Assembly: GCF_021028975.2 (NCBI RefSeq)
Contig: NC_059436.1
Coordinates: 54,002,001 to 54,066,000 of the forward strand
Source: Sphaerodactylus townsendi
Taxonomy: Eukaryota
DNA length: 64,000 nucleotides
Direction of reading: 5' to 3'
Shown: piece by piece, positions 11,410 through 24,900 of the stretch
How positions within the stretch are numbered: the first letter of the stretch is position 1
Layout: each line of letters starts with the position of its first letter
Translations under genes and position numbers: made by a program
The notes under the pieces: generated by a model
What the model was told of the DNA's origin: nothing
Database searches by the model: none
What the model saw: the letters and a program-made list of their open reading frames with translations, nothing else

Positions 11410-11544
11410 CATAGGTGTCAAACTCGCGGCCCTCCAGATGTTATGGACTACAGTTCCCATCATCCCCTGCCAGCATCATGCTGGCAGGGGATGGTGGGAA
11501 CTGTAGTCCATAACATCTGGAGGGCTGAGAGTTTGACACCTGTG
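11410..11544. mobile_element. Palindromic hAT MITE carrying two ACTACAnTTCCCA motifs
   Basis: Near-perfect 135-bp hairpin with an 8-bp TSD CTTTAAGC. Confidence 0.9.
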
Positions 11545-12974
11545 CTTTAAGCAACTGAATAAAAAGTGTTGTGTCTTAAAGGGACCATGCCAGCCAGGAA
11601 GGATTCAGGTAAAGAGACGGAGGGGCTGTTGTATGGGGAGACAGAGAGAAGGAGAAGGTTTGGGAAGTGGTTTTCTGCAGCTTATCTACACATTTACTTT
11701 CCTGTGTTTTTTTGGGGGGGGGATGGGAGGTTTGGTAGAATCATTTCTTCCCTTTTCATATAACAATCCCCCCCCCCACACACACACTTTTCTAGAGCCC
11801 ATTGCATTTCCCCCCACAATGGGCTTTACAGCTAGTGTCTATATAATTTACAACAATCTACCTTGAATCCTTGGGGTCTACCAGGGGAGAGAAACCAAGA
11901 AAGGTCATCTCTGGGAAGAGACCTTGCAAGAAGGAGGGACCAGGCATAAGCCAGGATTCCTTCCCTTATTATGCCTAGCTCTGGCTCCCCTCCTGCCAGC
12001 TCTCCAGTGACCTTAGAAAAGGGGTGGGGTGGGGGAGCAGCAGCCAGGAGCCCTTCCCTTGTGCCTGGACTGACATGACTGTGTTAAATCAAACTCCGAG
12101 AAAGATCAGAGGCATATTTCCCCATAAATAAGCACTCTTGTGACAAGCAAATCAGATTTCCCTGGCTGGAGGTGAGATCTCTTGATGAGATGCTTGAAAA
12201 ACTTGGGCTTTTGGGTCATCCCTAAGCACAATATGAGACAAAAAGGAGAAACCTGATTTGCTTCTGAAACTATTATTTTGTGGGAACTGGATCGAATGCC
12301 TACAAATTGTATTAGATCAAGGAATATGGATTTTGTATGAACCAAAGATTTCTAAGAATCAAATGGGGTTTCTATATAGAGACCAGCAGGACTGCATGTT
12401 AGCAGCAGTTGTGCAGGCAAGCAAAGATAAATATCTTTAAGATCTTGTCACTAAAGGTTAATACGTGACAGAAGACATATACATTTATAACTTTGTTTTT
12501 GTTAGAACCAGCTATAGGGAATAGCTACATGAATAAACAGAATCATAAAAGAGATCAGAGGTTAGAATAGAAATGAATGTGATTAGTTAAATGGAAAAAG
12601 TGTTTTTCTATATATGTTAAATGAACACAGAGAAATGATAATGAGAGATTCATATTTACTGATTTTCACTATAATTCCATTGTATTAGAACTAAAGGCAA
12701 TTGTTAGAAGGTCTTTCTCTGCATGGTGGGTGTGTCTCTGCCAAGAGCAATCTAGAGGGGTTCATCTTCTGTCTCTATATTCCTGTTAAGTAAAACTGTC
12801 TGTTTGTTTCTGCTGTCTGATGTCTGATGCTTTCTTGGGACTTTGTTTCTAACCTATCTTTTCTCAGAAACAGCTATGCGAGGCCGGACATGAGTTCTGG
12901 GCCTCACAATTTGGTATAATATGTATTAAACAGCATATCGAGGTTGGGAAGAAGGTGATTTTTTTCCTGACAGC

Positions 12975-13118
12975 TTGCATCTGTGTGGCTGGTATCTCGA
13001 GGATGCCAGCCACAGATGGTATAAACGCCAGGAGAGAATGCTGCTAGAACACGGCCATACAGCCCGGAAACCACACAGCACCCAAGTGATTCCGGCCATG
13101 AAAGCCTTCGACAATACA
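12975..13118 (+). mobile_element. Penelope-like terminal repeat fragment (degenerate hammerhead)
   Basis: Matches 52519-52643, with a short inverted piece on the left. Confidence 0.7.
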
Positions 13119-13724
13119 AGGCTAGGAATGCTGATAAATTTTAGCATTTATGTGCACAGCAGTTTATTTATTCTTGTCCCTTTTTTGTGCCTTGCTCAAT
13201 TAGAATAATCTTTTTCTTTTCCAGTAACCGATAAAAAGTTTATTCAGGTGTCCTGTGTGGTTTGCTGGTTAATAGTTCAGACAACAGAACTCACTCCCTA
13301 CGCAATGGTATTGTCAGAGCCAAAAAAGTTTCTCTACTGTGATAAGCCCTGGAGATCTCTGTGGCTGGCTAACCAGTGTTTGCACAGGAAAAGCCTTGAA
13401 CAAAGTTGAAACAGTGGAACATGTATTATTATACTGTCCATTTTATAAGGACATAAGTTCCACCTATCTCAGCCAAGTTCCCAGGAAGACCTGAAAAATT
13501 CTACACATATCTCCTCCTTGCAGACTACTCCAATAAGACCATGGCAGATACTCCAGACTTTTTAATAACCCTTCTGTATAATTAATTTAGGCTCAGGAAG
13601 ACTATGAATTTTATCTTTGTACTGTATATTAATGCCATATTTGTACGTAGGCTGTGCATTTGCCAGAGTAACACTGGCATCTAGTTGGAAAGCTGAAAGA
13701 TGTCCAAATATAGGCATACGTGCA

Positions 13725-13775
13725 CATGTACATACACATCTATATAGATACACACACACATGTACATATATATAT

Positions 13776-13816
<41 letters not shown>

Positions 13817-13832
13817 CACACACATACACACA
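13725..13832. repeat. Compound (CA)n/(TA)n microsatellite
   Basis: Directly visible. Confidence 0.95.
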
Positions 13833-13938
13833 TAGGAGGAAAAAGTAAGAGAGTATGGTACAATGGCAAAATTAACAAATCTTGTAAATAGACCACCCAA
13901 ACATGAGTTTGATGAAAAGTGGGAACTGTTTGTTGCTG

Positions 13939-14289
13939 AAGAAGAAGAAGAAGAAGAAGAAGAAGAAGAAGAAGAAGAAGCAGCAGCAGCAGCAGCAGCA
14001 GCTGGATTTATTCCCCCCCTCTCTCCATCCCCCACCCTTCTCTCCTGTAAGGAGAGTACAAACTCCTTTCCCTTCCCTCCTCAGAACAAACACCTTGTTA
14101 GGTAGGTGGGGCTGAGAGAGCTATGAAGAACTGTGACTAGCCCAAGGTCACCCAGCTGGCATGTGTGGGAGTGTACAAGCTAATCTAGTTCACCAGACAA
14201 ACTTCCACAGCTCAAGTGGCAGAACGGGGAATCAAACCTGGTTCTCCAAGTTAGAGTGCACCTGGTCTTAACCACTACACCACGCTGGC
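13939..14289 (-). mobile_element. tRNA-derived SINE with expanded (GAA)n(GCA)n tail
   Basis: Same family as 54444. Trinucleotide tail at 13939-14000. Confidence 0.85.
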
Positions 14290-15339
14290 ACTCTCCTTTG
14301 CTTGGTTAAAAATGTGTCATTTGGGGATTAAAAATAGACTTGGAAAGGTTGAGTGAAAATGTTACTAGTTGTCAGTGTTTATTAATATATAAATTGGTGT
14401 TATTGCACAAGAATGTTTGGTGAAATAAGCAAGGTAGAAGGAACTCCCTCCCTCAAATTTATATCAGTCTCTATCCTGTTGAAAATTAAGATCCATGCTA
14501 TGTCATTTATTTATATAGGTTTTAAGCTGAAGAAAATGACAGCGCTGAACCCCCTCAAGGGGAATACAGTGCAACAAGTAGAAGCAGCCTATTATTGAAC
14601 ATTAGTTCATGTGTGTCTTTAATGGGTTTTCCTTTCTGTGTGCTTTTACACTGAGAAAAATCGAATTAAGAACATTCAAAGGCGCCAGCTGCGCTGTTCA
14701 CGATTGGCTACTGCAAGAGGTCATGTGCTGCCATCAGCTCTGCTGGAGGGAAGATTTAAGAATATGGAACGCCCTAAAGAGTTTGTTCATGTGGACAGGA
14801 CTACGGTTGAAACATTTGACCATACCCGTTTCTATGCCCTAAATACAATAAGATAATGATGAAATACGCTGAATTCCATTTCTTGCAATGTCTCAGTGGC
14901 AGGAGTGTTACAAGATCCCCACCTGGAATAACAGCTCTGATGTGCTCTTTGTGAAACTGTTGCAAAATTTTAATTGAAATTGGGGTAGTTTTAACCGTAT
15001 TTTAACCTTGTTTTGTTTTAAAAATTTGTCCTGTTCTATTTGCCAATAAAGGCGTGTGTGTGTGTGTGTGTGTGTGTAAGTGAAGGGCATCAAGGGCAAG
15101 ATTGACTGCAGCAGGATTACAGCTAACCTTTTATCTGATAATGAAGAACCATATAATGTTTATATTAAATTTTTATTTTTTTATTTTATTTTTTTATTGT
15201 TTATGCTATTGATGTCAGAAGGAGCAGGACTTATCCTGAAAGTAGAAAGCTCTCATTCCTGTACTACTATATCTGAAACAAGAATTTTGATAAGAGCATT
15301 AAACAGAAATGAATAATAAATAAATACAAATAAGTCCTG

Positions 15340-15900
15340 CGGGCGACCCGTCTGATTCTTCTGACTGTGGGCGGAAGTGCGGCTCCGAGGCGGCGAAGGG
15401 TCCGGCCAAGGCAGCGCCCGGGCGGAAGTGGCGCGCGGGGGGCTCTGGGAAATGTAGTCCCCGCCTTCCCGCCGGGCGCCCCGCGAGTCCGCCATGCAGC
15501 CGCCGCCGCCGGGGCTGGCGCTGCTGCCGCTGCTGCTGCTGGCCGCGGTGGGGCCGCCGCCGTCGGGCGCGCTGGAGCCCATCAGCGTGGGCATCGCCAT
15601 CGGGGCGGCGTCGGCGCTCACCGGCTACCTCTCCTACCCGGGCTTCTACTGCGGCTTCGTGGAGTGCTGCCCCGGAGAGCAGGACCGGCCCAACGGAACC
15701 GGTACAGGTGGGGGGGGGGGAGGACTGGAGCAGGAGGAGCCGGTTCCGTGGGCTGGGGCGGTGGGGCTGGGGCGGGGAGGGTTGCTGCCGAGGAACTGGG
15801 ATTGGACTGGGAGAACTGGGGGCTGCAGAACTAGTGCCGTTGCAGTGGCCCCATAGACCTGGCACGGGCGCGCACCGGTGGGGCGGGGGGGGGGGGCGGT
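15340..15900 (+). promoter_or_regulatory. TOR1B CpG-island promoter
   Basis: CpG-rich. ETS/GABP-type GCGGAAGTG at ~15371 and ~15422. ZNF143/THAP11-type ACTACATTTCCCA on the minus strand at 15446-15458. Kozak GCCGCC-like ATG at 15494. Confidence 0.8.
15494..15701 (+). CDS. TOR1B: TOR1B exon 1
   Basis: [18 protein letters not shown]...[18 protein letters not shown]...ECC...NGT. Phase-1 GT donor; alternative donor at 15708. Confidence 0.88.
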
Positions 15901-18900
15901 CAAAAGCAGCTGGCTCAAGACAACTGGTGCTGGTGGTCGGGTTGCCAGATCCAGGTTGGGGAACTCCTGGAGATTGCGGGATGGAGCCTGAGAAGGACTC
16001 CGTGGGGTACAGTGCCATAGAGCCCCCCTCCAGGGGCAGTGTCCTCTGTAGTTCCAAGAGAGGTCAACTGTTAGGATTACAGTTCATCATCCCCTGCCAG
16101 CAAAATGCTGGCAGGGGATGATGGGGACTGTAGTCCATAACATCTGGAGAGCTGCGAGTTTGACACCTGTGTTCGAGGGGATCCCCAGGTCTGAGCTGGA
16201 GGCTGGCATCCCTAGCACTGGACTGGCATGGGGGGAGGGGGAAACAGAGGGTGTTCCCAAAAGAGGTCCAACAGGATGACCACATTCAGGGTCAAAAAGG
16301 GAGGCCGCAAGAGCAAGAGGCTCCAGCCGGTGCCAGGGAGGGAGGGGAGGGGGGGGGGCTGGAAAGAGCTGGTTTTCCAGGGCAGCCGTTAACCCCTTCC
16401 TGGCCTTTCTCTTTTTGGCTGGCTCAGCCCTCAGACTGAATCTGGACGCCAAACTCTTCGGGCAGCACCTGGCCAAAGAAGTGATCCTGAAAGCCCTGAC
16501 CGGGTTCATCAACAACCCCAACCCCAAGAAGCCGCTGACCCTCTCTTTGCACGGCTGGGCCGGCACCGGCAAGAACTTTGTCAGCCAGATCATCGCGGAG
16601 AACGTTCACAAAGCCGGCCTGAAGAGTAAATTCGTGCACCTTTTCCTCTCCACTCTTCATTTCCCGCATGATCATGAAATAAAGCTGTACAAGGTGAGGG
16701 GGCGCAGACCTTCCGGGGCTTCTTTGAGGGGTGGGAACTGGGTTGCTGTGTTCAAGCTCTTGGCAACTCTTATGAAGAAGAAGAAGAAGAGGAGGAGTTT
16801 GGATTTATATCCCCCCTTTCTCTCCTGCAGGAGACTCAAAGGGGCTGACAATCTCCTTGCCCTTCCCCCCTCACAACAAACACCCTGTGAGGTAGGTGGG
16901 CTGAGAGAGTCTCAGAAGCCAAGCGACTAGCTCCAAGGTCACCCAGCTGGCGTGGTGTGGGAGCACAGGCTACTCTGAATTCCCCAGATAAGCCTCCACA
17001 GCTCAGGCGGCAGAGCTGGGAATCAAACCCAGTTCCTCCAGATTAGATACACGAGCTCTTAACCTCCTACGCCACTTGCTTATCATCCAGTGTAGAAAAT
17101 GGATTACTTTTTGTGTTGTGGTTGGTACAAAGATTTATCTTGAATCCTCCTTCAAATCTAGACTATTCTAGAGTCAGTCTTTGAAGTGCTCGTTGAAAGG
17201 ATCTCCAGATGTTCATTAGAAGAACTTTTCTCTGTCTGGAAAACCACTACCACAACTGGGAAAAGCCAGCATGATGTAGTGGTTAAGAGTGGTGGACATT
17301 AATCTGGAGGACCAGGTTTGATTCTCCACTCCTCCACGTGAAGCCTGCTGAATGACCTTGGGCCAGTCCCGGTTCTCTCAGCACTCTCTCAGCCCCACCT
17401 GCCTCACAAGGTGTCTGTTGTGGAGAGAGGAAGGGAAAGGAGTTTGTAAGGCCCTTTGAGACTCCTTACAGGCCAGGCATAAATCCAAACTCCTTCTCCT
17501 CCTCTTCTTCTACCAGTCTGGCAGAACGAGTGAGAAAGAACTGAGGCTCATACTCATGTTCAGTCTGTTTATCTTCACAATGCTGTCTGCTGCATAAAAA
17601 TGAAACAAAGGTCCAGGATGTTTAGTTCCTGTTCCCATGACCTTTCAAAGATGTTTTGTTTGGCAGTGCTCTCCAAGGCAAGAAACTAATCATGTGACTT
17701 TCTGGAAAGGGAGTTGAAACTCAGAAAAGGAAATTCAAAACCTGGTGTGTTCTCTTCTCCCTTGTTTTACAAGATGGCTTGCAAGCCCCAGGAAACTCCA
17801 TTCTCTTTTCTCAGACCTTTAAAATTAGGCAGATTTTTCTCTGGAGATCACTAGAATAATGAATGATATTTAGTCACATCTAAGAACATAAGAACTAGCC
17901 TGCTGGATCAGACCAGAGTCCATCTAGTCCAGCACTCTGCTACTCGCAGTGGCCCAGCAGGTGCCTTTGGGAGCTCACGTGCAGGATGTGAAAGCAAGAG
18001 CCTTCTGCTGCTGCTGCTGCTGCTCCTGAGCAGGTCTGCTAAGGCATTTGCAACCTCAGATCAAGGAGGATTAAGATTGGTAGCCAGAGATCAACTTCTC
18101 CTCCATAAATCTGTCCAAGCCCTTTTTAAAGCTATCCAGCTCATAATATCTATATTATGAGCAATTACAAAATGTTTAAATTGCAGGTACCAGCAAATTA
18201 CAAAGGTACAAAAGTATGTAGGTTGAATGAGGAAATGAAACCAAAAAAACATCAAGGAGGGATGACGAGAACGAGGGTGCATAAAGATTTGGGTTTCCAA
18301 TCTCCAGGTGGTTCCACCATATTAAAAAAATTGTGGGGTGGGTGCACTTAAGTAAATGCAGCCAATCCATTTTTACACAGTTAGGGCTAAACCACTTGTC
18401 CTAAGATAGGGATACATTGTAAGTCTTTATAATGAAAATTCTTGTGTTGACATTCATACCAAAGGACTCCTTGCGTCTCTAACACAAATAATGCTTTCAG
18501 CGTGCAATATACGCTCACGTATAACTACAATGTATGCAATACAAATATTAGTAACATGCAAATAGTCAATCATTATTCCACAATCATATATGGGTTTGGG
18601 TTAACCAAACTCCAGTAAGTTTTATGGAGGAGATTTATGGAGGAGAAGTCGATCTATGGCTACCAATCTTGATCCTCCTTGATCTCAGATTGCAAATGCC
18701 TTAGCAGACCAGGTGCTCGGGAGCAACAGCCGCAGAAGGCCATTGCTTTCACATCCCGCGCAGAGCTCCCAAAGGCACCTGGTGGGCCACTCTCATGGCA
18801 GCAGAGTGCTGGGACCAGATGGACTCTGGTCTGATCCAGCAGGCTAGTTCTTTGTTCTTAAGGCCCTTTGCTTTCACATCCTGCGTGTGAGCTCCCAAAG

Positions 18901-21900
18901 GCACCTGGTGGGCCACTGCGAGTAGCAGAGTGCTGGACTAGATGGACTCTGGTCTGATCCAGCAGGCTAGTTCTTATGTTCTCATTAAGTTTGGTTTTGG
19001 AATTCCTTCAGTGGTCCAATAATTATAGCTCTAATATACAAAACTCTCAAAGGAGTGTGTATTAATAATATTTGACTCTGGCTGTTCCGAGACTACAGCT
19101 GACCGCTTTCTCTCATGCCTAGGCTGTAGTCTCGGAACAGCCAGAGTTAGGGTGTAAAAGATTATAAAGGCAGGGTTCTTTTGCAGAGTTCTGATTTCCT
19201 TTGACACACACAAAATCCTTTAAGTGTGAAACAGCTGCCACTTTAACTGTTTATTTGGTCCAGGACCAACTGCAGAAGTGGATCCGGGGTAATGTGACCG
19301 CTTGTGCAAAGTCCGTATTCATATTTGACGAAATGGATAAACTTCACCCGGGGCTGATTGATGCCACTGCCGCTCTCGACTACCGCGAGCAGATTGACGG
19401 CGTGTCCTATCGAAGAGCCATCTTTATTTTCCTCAGGTCAGTGACCTCTTCAGTCTGGTTGAAGGCCCTTTGGCTGCAGGTTAATATGTGTGTCAAGGAA
19501 GTGGAGCCGCTGGGGAAGGGTACTTTTCATGTTCATTCCCACCAAAAAAAACAACCCGATGGTCATGTAAGTCACTTGTGCACAGTTCAGATTGGCTGGT
19601 GCTTGTGATGTCTCGGAGCAGCATTTCAACTAACATTTTTGGGTGCTTGTTAAATAAAACAAAAAACAAACGTTCAACTGGATAAATTTACAAGTAGCAC
19701 ATTAAATGAAAGCTGACTGTCACTCTGCAACATTGGGCAGTGGAAGGCAAGATCTTTCTATCCCATCCTGCCCTTTCTGCCGAGTAGTTCTCTCTTCCTG
19801 TACTTTGCCTCCTACCACGGGTGTAGCTGAGGCACCCATTGAGCTTCAAGGATGTGTGGAGAGGTGAATCTGGATCTCCAAGATCTAGTCTGACAGGCTA
19901 CTGACTGTGCCGCACCTGTACCTTGTTCGCCTTACAGGCAGATTATGGATGGGGCTCTGAGCACGCATGGGGAGCTAAAGCGCATTGGGGCAAGATTTCT
20001 CGTCCTGACGTACTTCCTTTTGCTCCGCCGGTGCAAGAGCACTTCTGGTGCAACTTTTTGCGCTGGAGCGGGGCAAGAGCTGGCTGTAATCAGCCTCCGT
20101 TTTGTAACATCTGTCACAGTTGCCCTTTTCTCTAATTTGCTACTGCTAAACCTCAATTCTCCTTTCCTGTACCATACGAAGACCCTTTCTCCTCTTGCTC
20201 TGTTTAAACATCTACTGATTATGCAAAATGTCCTTTCTCTTACTTTGACAGACTCATTCAACCTTCCCCAATCCAAAGCTCCATTCCTGTACCCCAACAG
20301 CCTTTTCCCTTAACAGGCTGAACGATGGAGCCATTATTTTGGGGTCAATGTTGTTGTTTTGAGCTGCGCAGCAAGGGCCGTGGACAGGATGTAAATGTTA
20401 AATAATAAGCCGTAAATTGGCCTATTAGCGAACCTTCAGGCCAACTTGGTCATTCACCCCCCCTACCCCCGAGAAAAAAACTGCCTCAAAGTCTGCTCAG
20501 CTTACTTCCTCTGTCCAAAACGACATGAAATAATTCTCGTTGACCTCAGTGCAGGGGTGGGCAATTATTTTTTCCATGGGGCCACATAAGAAACAGAAAA
20601 TATTGTGGAGGGCCAACAAAGGGCGAGGGCTTATTCGCGAGAAGCCGCAGCCAAGGCAACCGCTTCTGGTTTTCAAGACACCTCCGCCTCCCAGCACGGC
20701 AGGGGCCAATAGGTAACTGGGCGGGTCGGATGTATTCACAGGTCAGATAATGCCCAGGTCTGCCTTAGTGGCTTGCATCTTGGAAAACAGGGTTTCTAAT
20801 TTTGCTTCTGCTGTTGAGGTTTGGTGTGACCAATTACTGGAGTTCCAACTCAATGGAGTGAATGAGAAGGACCAGACAAGGAGGGAGCCAGGACCCATGG
20901 AGAGCCTGAACTTTTCTGAGCTCTCAGAAGGACGGGTGGTATAGGCAGGTGACAGATAAGGAGGCTCAGGACCAACTGGAGGTGACGCACCACTGACGCT
21001 CTGCTTTTTCTGCTTTTGGGCAGAATGAGAGCAGGAATTGATCATAAGAACAGTGAGTGGTGTGCTCCCCCCCCCCCCCCCATCATGAAGAAGTTGATTC
21101 TGTGTGCTGGAAGTACTGGAAAAGTGTAAAAGGTGGAGGGGAGAGATTTCCTTACTCTTGTGGGTCTCTAGTTGGCTTGGAGCTACACAGTAGCTGTGCA
21201 GAGTGTCTGTGTAGTAGAGGCTAAGCTGGTCACTGCTTTAAGCCACAAGAGGCAGGGCAATAAAACTAAGGCTCATTCCGCACCTGCAGAATAATGCACT
21301 TTCAAACTGCTTTCAGTGCTCTTTGAAGCTGGGCGGAATGGCAAAACCCACTTGCAAACAGTTGTGAAAGTGGTTTGAAAACGCATTCTTTTGCGTGTGC
21401 GGAAGGGGCCTAAATCTCCTGTGGTCCCCAAATTTTCACCCACAGTTAAATTTTGTCTGCTGTGTCTGAATGATTCTGGTGAACGTCCTTCCCATTCAGC
21501 GTGTGGTGGTGCTGAATGATTTTACATTGTTTGTAACCAGATCATTTGGTGCATCCCAACACAGCTGGCTTACCTCCCCTTGAAGAAGAGGTGCTTGGAA
21601 TAGGGAGTCATGGTAAACCTTTTTGGGTGTCCCGAACTAAACCTTTTTGGATCCTCGGAGTCTGGAAGGGAAGGCTCAAAACCCTCTATGGGGGCTACCG
21701 TGCCTTGTCAAGAGTCACGGAGTACTCAAGAGTACTCAATCTCTGCATGTTAGAACACCAGAGATCCAAACACAGTCAAGAGAAAAAATGAGTTAGATTC
21801 TTTTGGCCGGGCATCCGGCCAGGACCTGTATCAACCTTGTGAGAATGCTTATCTCGCTTTCGCATAGTAGAATTCCGTTCTCATGAGAATGGAGCCGGGA

Positions 21901-24900
21901 TGGGTTAGTCAGCATTATAACCTGTTGTTTGAGCCGGGTTGCTCATTCCTGCCATGCAAAGCTTTCCAGGATGTCTGAATAAACGGACTTATAATCAAAA
22001 GCCTTTTTATTTCTGCTCTTTGGAATTCCTTACACTCCAGATGTTCGTGGACTACAATTCCCACCAACCAATTGGCCATGCTGGCAGGGGCTGGTAGGAA
22101 TTGTAGTCCATGAACATCTGGAGCGCCATAGGTTGGCCACCCCTGTGATATGGCATAGTTAGGCACAGCTGCAAAACGTTGTGGTGGGGGGGGGGGAAGT
22201 GTCATCAAGTGACAGCTGACTTATGTGAATCTCTAGGACAGACCTGGGCATTATACGGCCTGCGGGCCACATCCGGCCCGCCAGATTACCCTGACTGGCC
22301 CCCCTGCCATGCTGGGGAGCGAGGCACTTGAGGGAAGTTCCCCAGTGCCGGTTGCCTTGGCTGCCGGGTTTCAAGTGGGCTTTCATATGCCTCAGCCTGC
22401 CTTTTGGCCCGGCCCTCCACAATATTTTCTGTTTCTTATGTGGCCCCATGGAAAAAATAATTGCCCACCCTTGCTCTAGGAGTTTCAAGGCAAGGGTTGT
22501 CCAGAGGTGGTTTGCCATTTCCTGCCTTCACGTGGGGTGAGAGAGTTTGGAGAGAGCTGTAACTGGCCCAAGGTCACCGAGCAGGCTTCACTGGAGGAGT
22601 GTGGAATCAAACCCTGATCTCCAGATTAGAGTCTACCCTACAAGGTCGCCATAAGTCAGCTGTCACTTGGCGGCACTTTCCACTGCCACCACCCTTTCTC
22701 AAGGTCTTCTGGACACCGTTGTGTGTGTAAAGAGCCCTCAAGTCACAGGTGACCTACAGTGACCCAAACACTTTCCAAGGCACAGACCAGGAAAGGGATT
22801 TGGGCGTCTTAGTTGATAGTTCCATGGGAATGTCAACTCAATGCATGGCAGCTGTGAAAAAGGCAAACTCTATGCTGGGGATAATTAGGAAAGGAGTTGA
22901 GAATAAAACTGCAAAGATTGTCATGCACTTATATAAAGCCGTGGTGCGACCGCACTTGGAGTACTGTGTTCAGTTCTGGTCGCCACATCTCAAAAAGGAT
23001 TCTGAAGAGATGGAAAAAGTGCAGAGAAGGGCAACAAGGATGATTGAGGGACTGGAGCACCTTCCTTATGAGGAGAGGCTGCAGCGTTTGGGACTCTTTA
23101 GTTTGGAGAGGAGACGTCTGAGGGGGAATATGATTGAAGACTATAAAATTATGCATGGGGTAGAAAATGTTGACAGAGAGAAATTTTTCTCTCTTTCTCA
23201 CAATACTAGAACCAGGGGCATCCATTGAAATGCTGGGGAAGAATTAGACTAATAAAAGAAACACTTCTTCAATGCTTAACGCAGGATTGGTAAATTTAAA
23301 TATGCTGCCACAGGAGGTGGTGAGGGCTACTAACCTGATAGCTTTTAAAGTGCTTTGGACAGATTTATGGAGGAGAAGTGTCGATTTTTGGCTACCAATC
23401 TTGATCCTCTTTGATCTCAGATTGCAAATGCCTTAATAGTCCAGGTGCTCGGGAGCAACAGCCGCAGAAGGCCATTGCTTTCACATCCTGCATGTGAGCT
23501 CCCCAAGGCACCTGGTGGGCCACTGTGAGTAGCAGAGAGCTGGACTAGATGGACTCTGGTCTGATCCAGCTGGCTTGTTCTTATGTTCTTATGGCAAGTG
23601 ATTCAGCAGAGGTCTGGGCATCATTACGAAGACCAAATAGAAGCACTTGTCAGGATTGCTAAAGCAGCAATTCTTAGTTCGGGTCTGATAAGAAAGGAAG
23701 TATTGCATATATTTCAATCCTCCTTGCAAAAGAATGTTAAAAACTGGTTTTTCCCCATGGCTTCAACATTTCCAGAAATGATACTTCCATAGATGGGTAG
23801 TCCTGAGTTAATGGCAGGTTCAATCGACGGAGGCATTAGTCCCCTTAGAAGTTGCCCCTGCATTGGTTGGATTCTCCTCCTGCCCTCCCAGTTTTGCTTA
23901 TGCTGTTGTGTTGTTCTTGACACTGAAGTGACCTTTTGACCTCCTCCCAAACAATGCACCTGAGGCCTTTGACATCTGCATCAAATTTTAATCCATTTGT
24001 TAAAAGGGTTTGTCAAGCTTCCTTCGGGGGAGGGCGGTATAAAAGTGGAATAATAAATAAATAAATAATAAATAAATAAATAAATAATAGTAGGGTTCAG
24101 TCCATGGGTTCTCCAGATGTTCATAGACCTTGAAGTTCCCAAGGGCCCTACCACTTGGCCATGCTGGCAGGGGTTGATGGGAATTGTAGTCCATGAACAT
24201 CTGGAGGGCCATAGTTTGAAGACCCCTGGTCAAAGGCTTTAATGGTGCTTTTTGCTCCTGTCTAGGAGCACCCCTAAATGCCATCTAGGGGTGGCATTTT
24301 CAGAAGCGTGTCATGGTGAGATTTGTGCCACAGAGAGAAACACATCTAACTGAACGATTTGCTGGTTAAAATGTAAGCAAAGAATCCAGACCCTAATATC
24401 ACATACCTCTTGGGTAAATTTCCGAAGAAGTAGCTGAGTGAATCTGTTGTGGACAAAGCAACTGGGTCTTCTGGCACCGTAAACAGGTTTTGTGGCGTTC
24501 CCCCTGCCCCGCCTGCAGCCCGGCTGCACAGCAAAGCCCGGCCCTCCGGCCCCTAACCAGGTGTTGGGCCCCTCGCCAGTGGCCCCGGCTCCTTGGGGCC
24601 TTCACCGCCAGCTGCCTAAGAGCCACAGGGTGGCCGCCTAGGGAGGGGAGGTGCGTAGCAGCTTCCTCCCTCACCAGCTTGCATGACCTGCCTACACCAG
24701 GCTGGGGTCGGCTACAGCCCCACGGGTGCAGAAGCCAAATCTCACGCCGCGTGAGCAGCCGCCCTTCCCTCCCCTCCACTCCCTTTCCCAAGCGCCCGTG
24801 TTCACCTCCGCTCGCAGTCCCTCCCTCTCTCCCCAACTACGTTCCCCTCGCCTCCTTTCTTCCAGCCTCTCTCTTTCTCTCTCTCTTTTGTCCCACGCCA

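Noticed and set aside
13562-14115. ORFs with poly-E/A, poly-K/Q and poly-S tracts
   Set aside because: They are translations of a SINE's (GAA)n(GCA)n tail and the neighbouring CA/TA microsatellite.
15253-16121. Long overlapping ORFs (up to 252 aa) on both strands
   Set aside because: Stop-poor GC-rich CpG island around TOR1B exon 1, with no domain features.
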